Of a DNA stretch of 64,000 nt, positions 42,956 to 51,840 are shown in pieces. Each line of letters begins with the position of its first letter. Within the stretch, counting starts at the first letter, position 1. A program made the position numbers and the translations under genes. The stretch is taken from positions 3,692-67,691 of the forward strand of contig DASRBX010000009.1 in assembly GCA_035653395.1 (NCBI GenBank), given 5' to 3'. Source of the stretch: Gaiellaceae bacterium. GTDB lineage: Bacteria; Actinomycetota; Thermoleophilia; Gaiellales; Gaiellaceae. Below the pieces are notes generated by a model that saw only the letters and a list, made by a program, of their open reading frames with translations, ran no database searches and was not told where the DNA came from.

Positions 42956-44647
42956 GTGACTTACGTGATCGCGAAGCACGACGTGCTCGTCGTCGGCGCG
43001 GGTTGCGCTGGCATGCGCGCCGCGATCGAGGCCTTCGACGCCGGCGCGGACGTCGCGATGATCTCGAAGCTCCACCCGACCCGCTCGCACTCGGGCGCCG
43101 CCGAGGGAGGCATCAACGCGGCGCTCGGGAACGCCGCCGAGGACAACGCCGAGATCCACGCCTACGACACCGTCAAGGGCTCCGACTACCTCGGCGACCA
43201 GGACGCGATCGAGATCTTCGCGGAGGAGGCGCCGGGCGACATCGTCCAGCTCGAGAACTGGGGCGCCGTCTTCTCCCGCCGCGAGGACGGGAAGCTCGCG
43301 CAGCGCCCCTTCGGCGCCGCCGGATCGCCGCGCACGGTCTACGCGGCCGACATCACCGGCCACGTCCTGATCCAGGTGCTGTGGGAGCAGGTCTGCAAGC
43401 GCGACATCCCGGTCTACGAGGAGTTCTTCGCGTGGCAGCTCGTCGAGAACGAGGGGCGGTGCCAGGGCGTCGTGTGCTGGGACCTCTTGCACGGCGGGCT
43501 CAAGACCGTCGGCGGCAAGACGGTCGTCCTCGCCACCGGCGGCGCCGGTCGCCAGTACCGCGTGACGACGAACGCGTACGCCTGCACCGGCGACGGCATG
43601 GCGATGGCGCTCCACGCCGGCCTGCCCCTCAAGGACATGGAGTTCATGCAGTTCCACCCGACGACCCTGTACCCGACCGGGATCCTCCTCACCGAAGGCA
43701 TCCGCGGCGAAGGGGGCTATCTCATCAACAAGGACGGCGAGCGCTTCATGAAGCGGTACGCGCCGAACGCGCTCGAGCTCGCCTCCCGCGACGTCGTCTC
43801 CCGTTCGGAGCAGACGGAGATCGACGAGGGCCGGGGCGTCGACGGCAGCGTCCTCCTCGACATGCGCCACCTCGGCGCGGAGCGGATCCTCGAACGGCTG
43901 CCGGGCTCGCGCGAGCTCGCGATGACGTACGCCGGCATCGACCCGATCTACGACCCGGTGCCGGTGCGGCCCGGCGCCCACTACCACATGGGCGGCATCG
44001 AGACCGACAACGACGGTGCGACCGAGATGACCGGCCTCTACGCGGCCGGCGAGTGCGCCTGCGTCTCGATCCACGGCGCGAACCGGCTCGGCGGCAACTC
44101 CCTCATGGAGACGATCACATTCGGTCGCCGTGCGGGACGCTCGGCGGCGGAGTGGGCGCTCTCCCACACGACCGTGACGGTGCCGGAGTCGGTGGAGCGC
44201 GACGCCGAGGCCCGGCTGCGGGAGCTGCTCGACCGCGAGGACGGCGAGCGGCCGTGGAAGCTGCGCGAGGAGCTCGGCAACTCCATGCTCGAGAACTTCG
44301 CCGTCTTCCGCACGGAAGAGGGCATGGCCCGCCAGATCGAGATCCTCGAGGGCCTGCGCGAGCGCTATCCGAACGTCGTCGTCGAGGACAAGGGAGAGGT
44401 CTTCAACAGCGACCTCACGCAGGCGATCGAGCTCGGCAACATGCTCGACACGGCGCTCTGCATGGTCAGCGCCGGGATCGTCCGCAAGGAGAGCCGCGGC
44501 GCCCACGCGCGGCCGCACGACTACCCGAACCGCGACGACGAGAACTTCCTCCACCACTCGATCACGCGCTGGGAGGACGGCGGTGTCGAGCTGTCGACGT
44601 CCGAGGTGCGGTTCACGAAGTGGGAACCGCAGGAGCGCAGATACTGA
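42956..44647 (+). CDS. sdhA: Succinate dehydrogenase/fumarate reductase flavoprotein subunit
   Basis: VVGAGCAGMRAA, HPTRSHSGAAEGGINA (covalent-FAD His), and HYHMGGI motifs. Confidence 0.92.
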   Translation: MTYVIAKHDVLVVGAGCAGMRAAIEAFDAGADVAMISKLHPTRSHSGAAEGGINAALGNAAEDNAEIHAYDTVKGSDYLGDQDAIEIFAEEAPGDIVQLENWGAVFSRREDGKLAQRPFGAAGSPRTVYAADITGHVLIQVLWEQVCKRDIPVYEEFFAWQLVENEGRCQGVVCWDLLHGGLKTVGGKTVVLATGGAGRQYRVTTNAYACTGDGMAMALHAGLPLKDMEFMQFHPTTLYPTGILLTEGIRGEGGYLINKDGERFMKRYAPNALELASRDVVSRSEQTEIDEGRGVDGSVLLDMRHLGAERILERLPGSRELAMTYAGIDPIYDPVPVRPGAHYHMGGIETDNDGATEMTGLYAAGECACVSIHGANRLGGNSLMETITFGRRAGRSAAEWALSHTTVTVPESVERDAEARLRELLDREDGERPWKLREELGNSMLENFAVFRTEEGMARQIEILEGLRERYPNVVVEDKGEVFNSDLTQAIELGNMLDTALCMVSAGIVRKESRGAHARPHDYPNRDDENFLHHSITRWEDGGVELSTSEVRFTKWEPQERRY

Positions 44648-45876
44648 TGCAGGTCGCGCTCAAGATCTGGCGCTACGACTCCGCGACGGGCGAGCGGGCG
44701 CTCCGCGAGTACGAGATCGAGGCACCCGACGAGGCGACGCTCCTCGACTGCCTCGACATCGTCAAGGACCGCCACGACGGCACGCTCGCGTACCGCAAGA
44801 GCTGCCGCATGATGATCTGCGGCTCGTGCGGGATGCGGATGGACGGCGCCGCGGTGCTCGCCTGCAAGACGCGCATGTACGACATCGCACAGGAGGGCCG
44901 CGTGCCCGTCATCTCCGCGATGGGGAACCTGCCGATCGTCAAGGACCTCGTCGTCGACATGGATCCCTTCTGGAGCAAGTTCAAGGCGATGTGGCCCTGG
45001 CTCGAGCCCGGCTACGACCGCCCCGAGGACGGCCGCGAGTACCGGATCTCGCAGGAACGGATGAACGTCATCCACAAGGAGTCGCTCTGCATCAACTGCG
45101 GCTGCTGCGTCTCGGAGTGCAACGCGATGGAGTCCGACCCCGAGTTCCTGGGCCCGCAGGCGCTCGCCAAGGGAATGCGGTTCGTCGGCGACCCGCGTGA
45201 CGGCGCGACCGTCGAGCGGCTCGAGCGCTACAGCGGCGAGCACGGCATCTGGGAGTGCACGCGCTGCTTCTTCTGCAACGAGCGCTGCCCCAAGGGGGTC
45301 GACCCCCGCGACGCGATCGCCAAGCTGGGCGCCGAGGCCGTCTCGCGCGGCATCGACCGCGACATGGGTGCGAAGCACGCGAAGTGGTTCGTCAAGTCGG
45401 CCGAGACGACGGGCTGGCTCCGGGAGACGGAGCTCGTGCCGAAGACGCAGGGCGTCGTGACGGCGATCAAGCAGACGAAGTTCGCGCTCAACCTCGCCAA
45501 GCACGGCAAGGTGCCGCCGCCGGTGCCGCCGCACGTCGCCCGCGACGTCAACGAGGCGCGCAACCTCCGCAAGCTCGTCCGCGAGCAGGATCGCGGCGGC
45601 GCGCTCGGCCACGTGCAGGGCGAGCGTGCGCTGGCGCGGCTCGCGCACGGGAACGCCGGCGAGTCGCTCGAGGAGATCTACGCGCGGCCGGGCGCCGCGC
45701 CGCGGCCGTTCCTTCCGGAGCTGGAAACGCCGGCGGCCGAGGCGCCGGCGTCCGTCCGGAAGACCCCGGCGCCCTCGGCGCCGGCCGGTGAGGGCTCGGC
45801 GCAGGGCCAGGGATCCCTGACGCAGGCGGACGTGACGCCGGGCAAGGAACCGACGAGGAAGCGAGGAGAAGCTTGA
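44647..45876 (+). CDS. sdhB: Succinate dehydrogenase Fe-S subunit with a ~190-aa C-terminal extension
   Basis: CRMMICGSCGM, CINCGCCVSEC, and CTRCFFCNERCP clusters, then a Lys-rich helix region and a Pro/Ala-rich tail. ATG overlaps the sdhA stop. Confidence 0.85.
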   Translation: MQVALKIWRYDSATGERALREYEIEAPDEATLLDCLDIVKDRHDGTLAYRKSCRMMICGSCGMRMDGAAVLACKTRMYDIAQEGRVPVISAMGNLPIVKDLVVDMDPFWSKFKAMWPWLEPGYDRPEDGREYRISQERMNVIHKESLCINCGCCVSECNAMESDPEFLGPQALAKGMRFVGDPRDGATVERLERYSGEHGIWECTRCFFCNERCPKGVDPRDAIAKLGAEAVSRGIDRDMGAKHAKWFVKSAETTGWLRETELVPKTQGVVTAIKQTKFALNLAKHGKVPPPVPPHVARDVNEARNLRKLVREQDRGGALGHVQGERALARLAHGNAGESLEEIYARPGAAPRPFLPELETPAAEAPASVRKTPAPSAPAGEGSAQGQGSLTQADVTPGKEPTRKRGEA

Positions 45877-46778
45877 GCACGACCGAGGCCCCCCTGAAGA
45901 GAGTCGCGTACTACAAGGGCTGCCTCGCCGCGCTCTCGGCGAAGGAGCTCGACACGGCGACACAGGCGCTCGCGCCGCAGGTCGGGCTCGAGCTGATCGA
46001 GCTCGAGTCGGTCACCTGCTGCGGCGCCGGCGACATCCACGAGGCCGAGCCGGACTACTACCTCCACCTCAACGCGCGGATCCTCGCCTATGCCGAGGCG
46101 ACCGGCGCGGACATGCTCCTGACCGTCTGCAACGTCTGCACGCTCAACCTCCGCCAGGCGAACCACATGCTGCAGGGCGACTCGGACCTGCTCGCCCGAG
46201 TCAACGAGAACCTCGAGACCGTGGGCGTGCCGCCGTACTCCGGGCAGGTCGAGGTGCGCCACCTCCTGTGGGAGATCGCCGAGGGCGAGGGCTACGAGCG
46301 GCTGAAGGAGGTCGCGCACCGCGGCCTCAAGGGGCTGAAGGTCGCGCCGTTCTACGGCTGCCAGATCCTGCGCCCGTCGAAGATCCTCGGCTTCGAGGAT
46401 CCCGACCGCCCGTGGTCGCTCGAGCGGATCATCCAGGCGTGCGGCGGCGAGGCGATCGACTATCCGGCGAAGATCAAGTGCTGCGGCTTCCCGATCATCC
46501 AGGCGCGGGAGGAGACGGCGATGGGCGAGCTCATCCAGCCGGTCGAGCAGGCGCTCGAGGCTGGCGCGGACGTGATGGTCACGCCCTGCCCGCTCTGCCA
46601 CCTCTCGCTCGATGCGTGGCAGTCGAAGCTCGAGGCCGCGACGGGACGCACGTTCAACCTGCCGATCCTCCACCTCGCGCAGCTCGTCGGCGTCGCCGCG
46701 GGCCTCGAGGAGTCGGAGCTCAAGTTCAAGCGACACATCGTCGACCCGCGTCCGGCGCTCGAGCGACTGGAAGTCTGA
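45873..46778 (+). CDS. HdrB-like subunit with two CCG domains (type-E SdhC/SdhE-like)
   Basis: The two Cys-rich motifs are YYKGC...CCGAG and FYGCQ...KCCGF...PCPLCH. TTG start overlaps the sdhB stop (cTTGA), with a GAGGAG RBS. Confidence 0.8.
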   Translation: MSTTEAPLKRVAYYKGCLAALSAKELDTATQALAPQVGLELIELESVTCCGAGDIHEAEPDYYLHLNARILAYAEATGADMLLTVCNVCTLNLRQANHMLQGDSDLLARVNENLETVGVPPYSGQVEVRHLLWEIAEGEGYERLKEVAHRGLKGLKVAPFYGCQILRPSKILGFEDPDRPWSLERIIQACGGEAIDYPAKIKCCGFPIIQAREETAMGELIQPVEQALEAGADVMVTPCPLCHLSLDAWQSKLEAATGRTFNLPILHLAQLVGVAAGLEESELKFKRHIVDPRPALERLEV

Positions 46779-47578
46779 AGGGGCTCGGCGCTCTCGCGGG
46801 CGCCGCCCTCGGCTGGGGCCTGCTCGAAGCGGGCTGGGTGCGGCTGCGCGAGCTGGAGCTCGAGCTGCCCGGCCTGCCTCCCGAGCTCGACGGGCTGCGG
46901 ATCGCGCACCTCTCCGACTTCCACTTCGGCGTCCCCTCGCCGGGGATCGGCGCCGCCTGGCAGGCGGCCGGCTGGGCCCGTAGACGGCGTCCGGACCTCG
47001 TCGCGATCACGGGCGACCTGCTCACGCATCCACGGGGCGAGCCGATGCTGCGGGAGCTCGTCCGGATCCTGCCGCAGCCGACGCTCGCGGTGCTCGGCAA
47101 CCACGACATCGCGCTCAGCCGCGACCCGCAGGCGCGCGCGTCCGGCCTGCGCGAGCTGGCGCCCGCGACGCTGCTGCGCGACGACGGCCGGTTGCTCGAG
47201 CTGCGCGGCCGCCGCGTCTGGGTGGCCGGCGTCGATCCGCGCCTCATCGTGCGCAGCCGCAGCCGCCTCGACCCCAACGAGCTGGCGCGCGACGCCGACC
47301 TCTCGATCCTGCTCTGCCACTACCCGCGCGTGCTCGACCAGCTCGAGCCCGGCCGGTTCGACCTCGTCCTCTCCGGCCACATGCACGACGGCCAGATCGC
47401 GCTCCCGTTCCCCGGCGGCAAGCTCCGCTTCGCCCACCTCGACGCGCGCTACAACGCGGGTGTCTACCGGAGCGCCGCGGGAGCGATGCACGTCTCGGCC
47501 GGCCTCGGCACGACCTTCGTGCCGCTTCGATTCGGGGCGCGGCCCGAGGCGACGGAGCTCACGCTGAGACGGGGCTAA
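46775..47578 (+). CDS. Calcineurin-like metallophosphoesterase (YaeI-like)
   Basis: AHLSDFHFG, ITGDL, GNHD, and LSGHMHDGQ motifs. Start is unresolved: CTG 46775 keeps the N-terminal TM, and GTG 46838 is the first canonical start. Confidence 0.7.
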   Translation: MKGLGALAGAALGWGLLEAGWVRLRELELELPGLPPELDGLRIAHLSDFHFGVPSPGIGAAWQAAGWARRRRPDLVAITGDLLTHPRGEPMLRELVRILPQPTLAVLGNHDIALSRDPQARASGLRELAPATLLRDDGRLLELRGRRVWVAGVDPRLIVRSRSRLDPNELARDADLSILLCHYPRVLDQLEPGRFDLVLSGHMHDGQIALPFPGGKLRFAHLDARYNAGVYRSAAGAMHVSAGLGTTFVPLRFGARPEATELTLRRG

Positions 47579-47587
47579 CCTGACTGC

Positions 47588-47890
47588 ATGGCCGGTCAGG
47601 CGTCGATCTCGACGGAGATCCTCGCCCGCTACGCCGCGGACGCGGCGCGGGAGGTCGAGGGAGTGCACGGGCTCGCGGACAGCCCGCTGCCGCGGCGCCA
47701 TGCCGTACGCGTCTCCGGCGGCGAGGGGGCGGTGCGGGTCGAGCTGCACCTCGTCACCGAGTGGGGTGCGTCGATCCCGGCGGTCGGCAGGCGCGTGCAG
47801 GAGCGCGTGCGCGAGTGCCTCCGCACGATGGCCGACGTCGAGCCGGCCGCGGTGGAGGTCGTCGTCGACGGGGTAGGGAGCGAACGGTGA
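47588..47890 (+). CDS. Asp23/Gls24-family envelope stress protein
   Basis: ISTEILARYAADAAREVEGVHGL and the whole-length pattern match Asp23. Confidence 0.75.
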   Translation: MAGQASISTEILARYAADAAREVEGVHGLADSPLPRRHAVRVSGGEGAVRVELHLVTEWGASIPAVGRRVQERVRECLRTMADVEPAAVEVVVDGVGSER

Positions 47891-48504
47891 CCACTCGTAT
47901 CGCCGGGCTGACCGGCGCGACGCTCGAGACGGCGCCGACCGTGTGCCACGAGTGCATCTGGTGGCAGACGCGGAACGGGCGCTCGACCGACAAGCGGAAG
48001 TGGATCCGCGAGACCGAGGACCGCTGGGGCGCGTGGGGGACGGTCTACCACGACGACGACGGGCGGCTGCTCGGGTCGATGCAGTACGGCCCGGCCGAGC
48101 TCTTCCCGCGTGCGCGAGAGCTGCCAGCCGGACCCGTGAGCGACGACGCCGTCCTCGTGACGTGCGCCTATCTGACGGACCCGTCGCGTCCCTGGGTCAT
48201 GCAGTCGCTCTTCCTGACCGCGATCGGCGACGCGCGCGAGCGGGGCGCGCGGGCGCTGGAGGCGTTCTCGTACCGCTACCCGGAAGGCGAGACGAACTTC
48301 GAGCGCTTCCACGTGCACCGCACCATCTTCCCGGCCGACTTCCTCGCCGACTTCGGCTTTCTCCCCGTGCGCTCCAAGGGGCGCGTCGAGCTCGCACGGC
48401 TCGAGCTCGGCGGCCTGCAGCCGGTGGAGGAGGGCAAGCGCGAGAAGGTGCTCGCGGTGGTGCGCGAGGCGTTCCTCCCCGCGCCCGAGCCCCAGCGTCC
48501 CTAG
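47887..48504 (+). CDS. Hypothetical protein (possible GNAT fold)
   Basis: GTGA-coupled to the upstream gene. CHECIWWQ motif. No firm family recognised. Confidence 0.45.
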   Translation: MTTRIAGLTGATLETAPTVCHECIWWQTRNGRSTDKRKWIRETEDRWGAWGTVYHDDDGRLLGSMQYGPAELFPRARELPAGPVSDDAVLVTCAYLTDPSRPWVMQSLFLTAIGDARERGARALEAFSYRYPEGETNFERFHVHRTIFPADFLADFGFLPVRSKGRVELARLELGGLQPVEEGKREKVLAVVREAFLPAPEPQRP

Positions 48505-48505
48505 G

Positions 48506-49462
48506 CTAGGCCGCGGCGCGCGCGGGCTCGAGGAGGAGCTCCGCGATCTGGATCGCGTTGAGCGCGGCGCCCTTGACGAGGTTGTCGCAAGCGAGGAAGA
48601 GAACGAGGCCGTTGCCCTCCGCGGCGCGGTCCGGGCGGATGCGGCCGACGAGCACGTCCTCGGTCCGGGCCGCGGCGCGCGGGGTCGGCGTCTCGACCAG
48701 TCGCACGCCGGGAGCGGCGGCCAGGAGCGACTCTGCCTGCTCCGGCGCGAGCGGCTCCTCGGTCTCGACCCAGACCGACTGCGCGTGCCCGACGAGCACG
48801 GGCACGCGCACGGTCGTCGCGCTGAGCGGCAGCTCGGGCAGCTCGAGGATCTTGCGCGTCTCGGCGCGGATCTTCGCCTCCTCCTCGGTCTCGTCTCCCT
48901 CCCAGCCCCAGTCGAACTCGAGGTCGTGCTCCTCGGGCGGCTCGGCGCGGAGCCGCTCCATGCGCCGAGCGCCGGCGCCCGACACGGCCTGGTAGGTCGA
49001 GAGCCGAACCCGTCGCAGTCCGGCCGCCTCGTGCAGCGGCTCGAGGACGCACGTGAGCGGGATGGTGGAGCAGTTCGGGTTGGCCACGACCCGCGTCGTC
49101 TCGAGCGCGTCGCGTGCGCGGTCGCCGTTAACCTCGGGAACGACGAGGGGATAGCGCTCGACGAGCCGGTATGCGCTGGACTTGTCCACGGCGAGCGCTC
49201 CGCCTTCGACGGCGTGCGGGACGAGCTCGCGCGAGGCGCTCGTGCCGCACGAGAAGAGGACGAGGTCGAGGCCGCCTGCGGCGAGCGCTTCCCCCGTGGC
49301 CGCCTCGACGACGATCCCTCCCCCGAGCTCCCGGCCCGCCGAGCGCGCCGACGCGAAAGCGCGCACCTTCCCGTAGCCGCGCTCGCGCAGGAGGCGGAGC
49401 GTGACGGTGCCGGCGGCTCCGGTCGCGCCGACGACGCCGATGCGGGCATCCTGCGCGCTCAC
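48506..49462 (-). CDS. asd: Aspartate-semialdehyde dehydrogenase
   Basis: [18 protein letters not shown] (active-site Cys), and [10 protein letters not shown] motifs. GTG overlaps the ask stop. Confidence 0.9.
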   Translation of the reverse strand: MSAQDARIGVVGATGAAGTVTLRLLRERGYGKVRAFASARSAGRELGGGIVVEAATGEALAAGGLDLVLFSCGTSASRELVPHAVEGGALAVDKSSAYRLVERYPLVVPEVNGDRARDALETTRVVANPNCSTIPLTCVLEPLHEAAGLRRVRLSTYQAVSGAGARRMERLRAEPPEEHDLEFDWGWEGDETEEEAKIRAETRKILELPELPLSATTVRVPVLVGHAQSVWVETEEPLAPEQAESLLAAAPGVRLVETPTPRAAARTEDVLVGRIRPDRAAEGNGLVLFLACDNLVKGAALNAIQIAELLLEPARAAA

Positions 49463-50700
49463 GCCCCTCCGAGATTGAAGGCGTCGTGCAGCGCGGCGAC
49501 CGCCTTCGGCACGTCCTCGCTGCGGACGTGGCACGCGATCTTGATCGGGGAGGTGGAGATGACCTCGGGCTCGACGCCGATGCCGCCGAGCGTGGCGAAC
49601 GCCTGGGCGGCGATGCCCGGATGGCTCTTCATACCGGCGCCGACGAGGCTCACCTTGCCGAGGTCGTCGCGCATCGACCACTCGACGCCGAGCGCGCCGA
49701 GCAGCTCCTCGCACACACGCCGGTCCTCGAGCGGGGCGCTGAACACGATCTCGTCGCTCGAGACCTGGAGGATCGTGTCGACGTTGACGTTCGCCTCGGC
49801 GAGCCGCTCGAACAGCCCGGCTGCGCCGACCCGGCGGACGCGATAGAGAGGCTCGCAGTCGGTGTGCGCGACTCCGCTGATGATCGCCTTCTCGAGCACG
49901 GGATCCTCCTCGTCGACGATCCACGTTCCCTCTGCCTCGGAGAACGTGGAGCGCACCTGCAGGCGCACGTCGTGGTTGCGCGCGAACTCGACCGAGCGTA
50001 GCTGGAGCACCTTCGCGCCGCTCGCCGACAGCTCGAGCATCTCCTCGTACGTGACCGCCGGCAGGCGGCGGGCGTGGGGGACGAGGCGCGGGTCGGCGGT
50101 GAAGACGCCTTCGACGTCGGTGTACATCTCGCACGAGCCTGCGCCGAGTGCGGCCGCGAGCGCGACCGCCGTGAGGTTCGAGCCCCCGCGGCCGAGCGTC
50201 GTCACGTCGTGGGAGTCGGCGGAGACGCCCTGGAAGCCGGCGACGAGCACGATCTTCCCGGCGTCGAGCGCGTCGTTGATCCGCGTCGCGCGTACCTCGG
50301 CGATCTTCGCCTTGCCGTGGACGGTGTCGGTGACGATGCCGGCCTGCGAGCCGGTGAGCGAGATCGCCTCGTGGCCGAGGTCGTGGACGGCCATGGCGCA
50401 GAGCGCGTTGGAGATCCGCTCGCCGACAGAGATGAGCATGTCGTACTCGCGCGGATGTGGGCGCGGCGAGATCTCGTGCGCGAGGCGGATCAGCTCGTCC
50501 GTCGTGTCTCCCATCGCCGAGAGGACGCCGACGACGCGCCTGCCCTCCTCCCGCGCGCGGACGAGACGGCGCGCGACCTCCTTGATCTTCTCCGTGTCCG
50601 CGACCGACGAGCCGCCGAACTTCATCACGACGAGGTCGGGCCCGCGGGCGGCGACGTCGGCCGCGACCTCGGGCACCGACTCGTAGTGCGTCGTCGCCAC
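49459..50700 (-). CDS. lysC: Aspartate kinase
   Basis: [32 protein letters not shown], and C-terminal ACT domains. Start is either GTG 50700 (GGGAG RBS) or ATG 50625. Confidence 0.88.
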   Translation of the reverse strand: MATTHYESVPEVAADVAARGPDLVVMKFGGSSVADTEKIKEVARRLVRAREEGRRVVGVLSAMGDTTDELIRLAHEISPRPHPREYDMLISVGERISNALCAMAVHDLGHEAISLTGSQAGIVTDTVHGKAKIAEVRATRINDALDAGKIVLVAGFQGVSADSHDVTTLGRGGSNLTAVALAAALGAGSCEMYTDVEGVFTADPRLVPHARRLPAVTYEEMLELSASGAKVLQLRSVEFARNHDVRLQVRSTFSEAEGTWIVDEEDPVLEKAIISGVAHTDCEPLYRVRRVGAAGLFERLAEANVNVDTILQVSSDEIVFSAPLEDRRVCEELLGALGVEWSMRDDLGKVSLVGAGMKSHPGIAAQAFATLGGIGVEPEVISTSPIKIACHVRSEDVPKAVAALHDAFNLGGA

Positions 50701-50702
50701 GG

Positions 50703-51293
50703 CTACATCTCCCGGCGGCCGGCGAGCGCGCGGCCGAGCGTCACCTCGTCGGCGTACTCGAGGTCGCCGCCGACGGGCAGCCCGCTGGCGAGGCGCGTCA
50801 CGCGGACGCGTTCGCGGAGGCGGCCGGCGAGATACGAGGCCGTGGCCTCTCCCGTCGCGTTCGGGTTCGTGGCGAGGACGACCTCGACCACGCCGTCGGT
50901 CTGGACGCGGTGCATGAGCTCGTCGATCCGCAGGTGCTCGGGCTCGACCCCGTCGAGCGGCGACAGCGCACCGCCGAGGACGTGGTAGAGGCCGCGGTAC
51001 TCCGCCGTCCGTTCGAGCGAGACGAGGTCGACCGGCTGCTCGACGACGCAGATCGTCGTGCGGTCGCGACGCGCGTCGAGGCAGATCGCACAGAGCTCGT
51101 CCTCGGTCAGGTTGCCGCACTCCCGGCAGAAGCGGACGCGCTCCTTCACCTCCTCGATCGCCCCGGCGAGCGCGAGCGCCTCCTCCTTCTGCGCCTGCAG
51201 GAGATGGAACGCGAGCCGCTGGGCCGTGCGGCTGCCGATCCCGGGCAGGCGTGTCAGCTGCGCGACGAGGTTCTCGACGGAGGGGCTCAGCAT
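50703..51293 (-). CDS. recR: Recombination protein RecR
   Basis: [17 protein letters not shown], the zinc finger [16 protein letters not shown], and a Toprim region. Confidence 0.92.
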   Translation of the reverse strand: MLSPSVENLVAQLTRLPGIGSRTAQRLAFHLLQAQKEEALALAGAIEEVKERVRFCRECGNLTEDELCAICLDARRDRTTICVVEQPVDLVSLERTAEYRGLYHVLGGALSPLDGVEPEHLRIDELMHRVQTDGVVEVVLATNPNATGEATASYLAGRLRERVRVTRLASGLPVGGDLEYADEVTLGRALAGRREM

Positions 51294-51332
51294 GCGCCCT
51301 GAGGGTACTCGCCGGGTTCGGACATGCCTTTC

Positions 51333-51353
51333 CTCGTAACAGTCTGTTACTTG
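51333..51353 (-). repeat. Copy 3 of the 21-bp quasi-palindromic element (minus strand CAAGTAACAGACTGTTACGAG)
   Basis: The only intergenic copy. It lies in the 63-bp spacer upstream of recR and is co-oriented with the operon. Confidence 0.9.
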
Positions 51354-51356
51354 GAG

Positions 51357-51488
51357 CTAGTGGGTGGTGAAGTCGAAGGCCCAGCCCCAGATCACGACGC
51401 CGATCAGCGCGAGGACGAAGAGGGCCCAGAGCCAGTTCGAGAAGAGGTAGGGACCGCGCACGCTCCGCCGGGGCGGCGGCTTGCTCAC
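51357..51488 (-). CDS. 43-aa single-TM peptide between ybaB and recR
   Basis: (M)[45 protein letters not shown] overlaps the ybaB stop (GTGA). Confidence 0.45.
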   Translation of the reverse strand: MSKPPPRRSVRGPYLFSNWLWALFVLALIGVVIWGWAFDFTTH

Positions 51489-51835
51489 TCGCCGAGGCCG
51501 GGGAGCCCCAGCCCACCGGGGCCCAGTCCGCCGAGGCCCATGTCGCCGAGCATCTGCTGCGCCTTCGCCTCCACGCCGGCCCGCGCCGAGCGGAGCGCTT
51601 CGTTCACGCCGGCGAGGACGAGGTCGGCGAGCGCCTCCGGATCCTCCGGGTCGATCGCCTCGGGCGAGATCTCGATCGCGACGACGTCGCCGGCGCCGTT
51701 CGCGGTCACCTTGACGAGACCGCCGCCGACCGACGACTGCGCGGTCTCCTGCGCCGCCTCGTCCTGCATCCGCTGCATCTGCTCCTGCATCTGCGCGGCC
51801 TGCTGCATCAGCTTGTCCATGTCGAAGGAAGACAT
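51485..51835 (-). CDS. ybaB: Nucleoid-associated protein YbaB/EbfC
   Basis: [17 protein letters not shown]...[11 protein letters not shown]...[18 protein letters not shown]. Confidence 0.9.
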   Translation of the reverse strand: MSSFDMDKLMQQAAQMQEQMQRMQDEAAQETAQSSVGGGLVKVTANGAGDVVAIEISPEAIDPEDPEALADLVLAGVNEALRSARAGVEAKAQQMLGDMGLGGLGPGGLGLPGLGE

Positions 51836-51840
51836 GCTTC

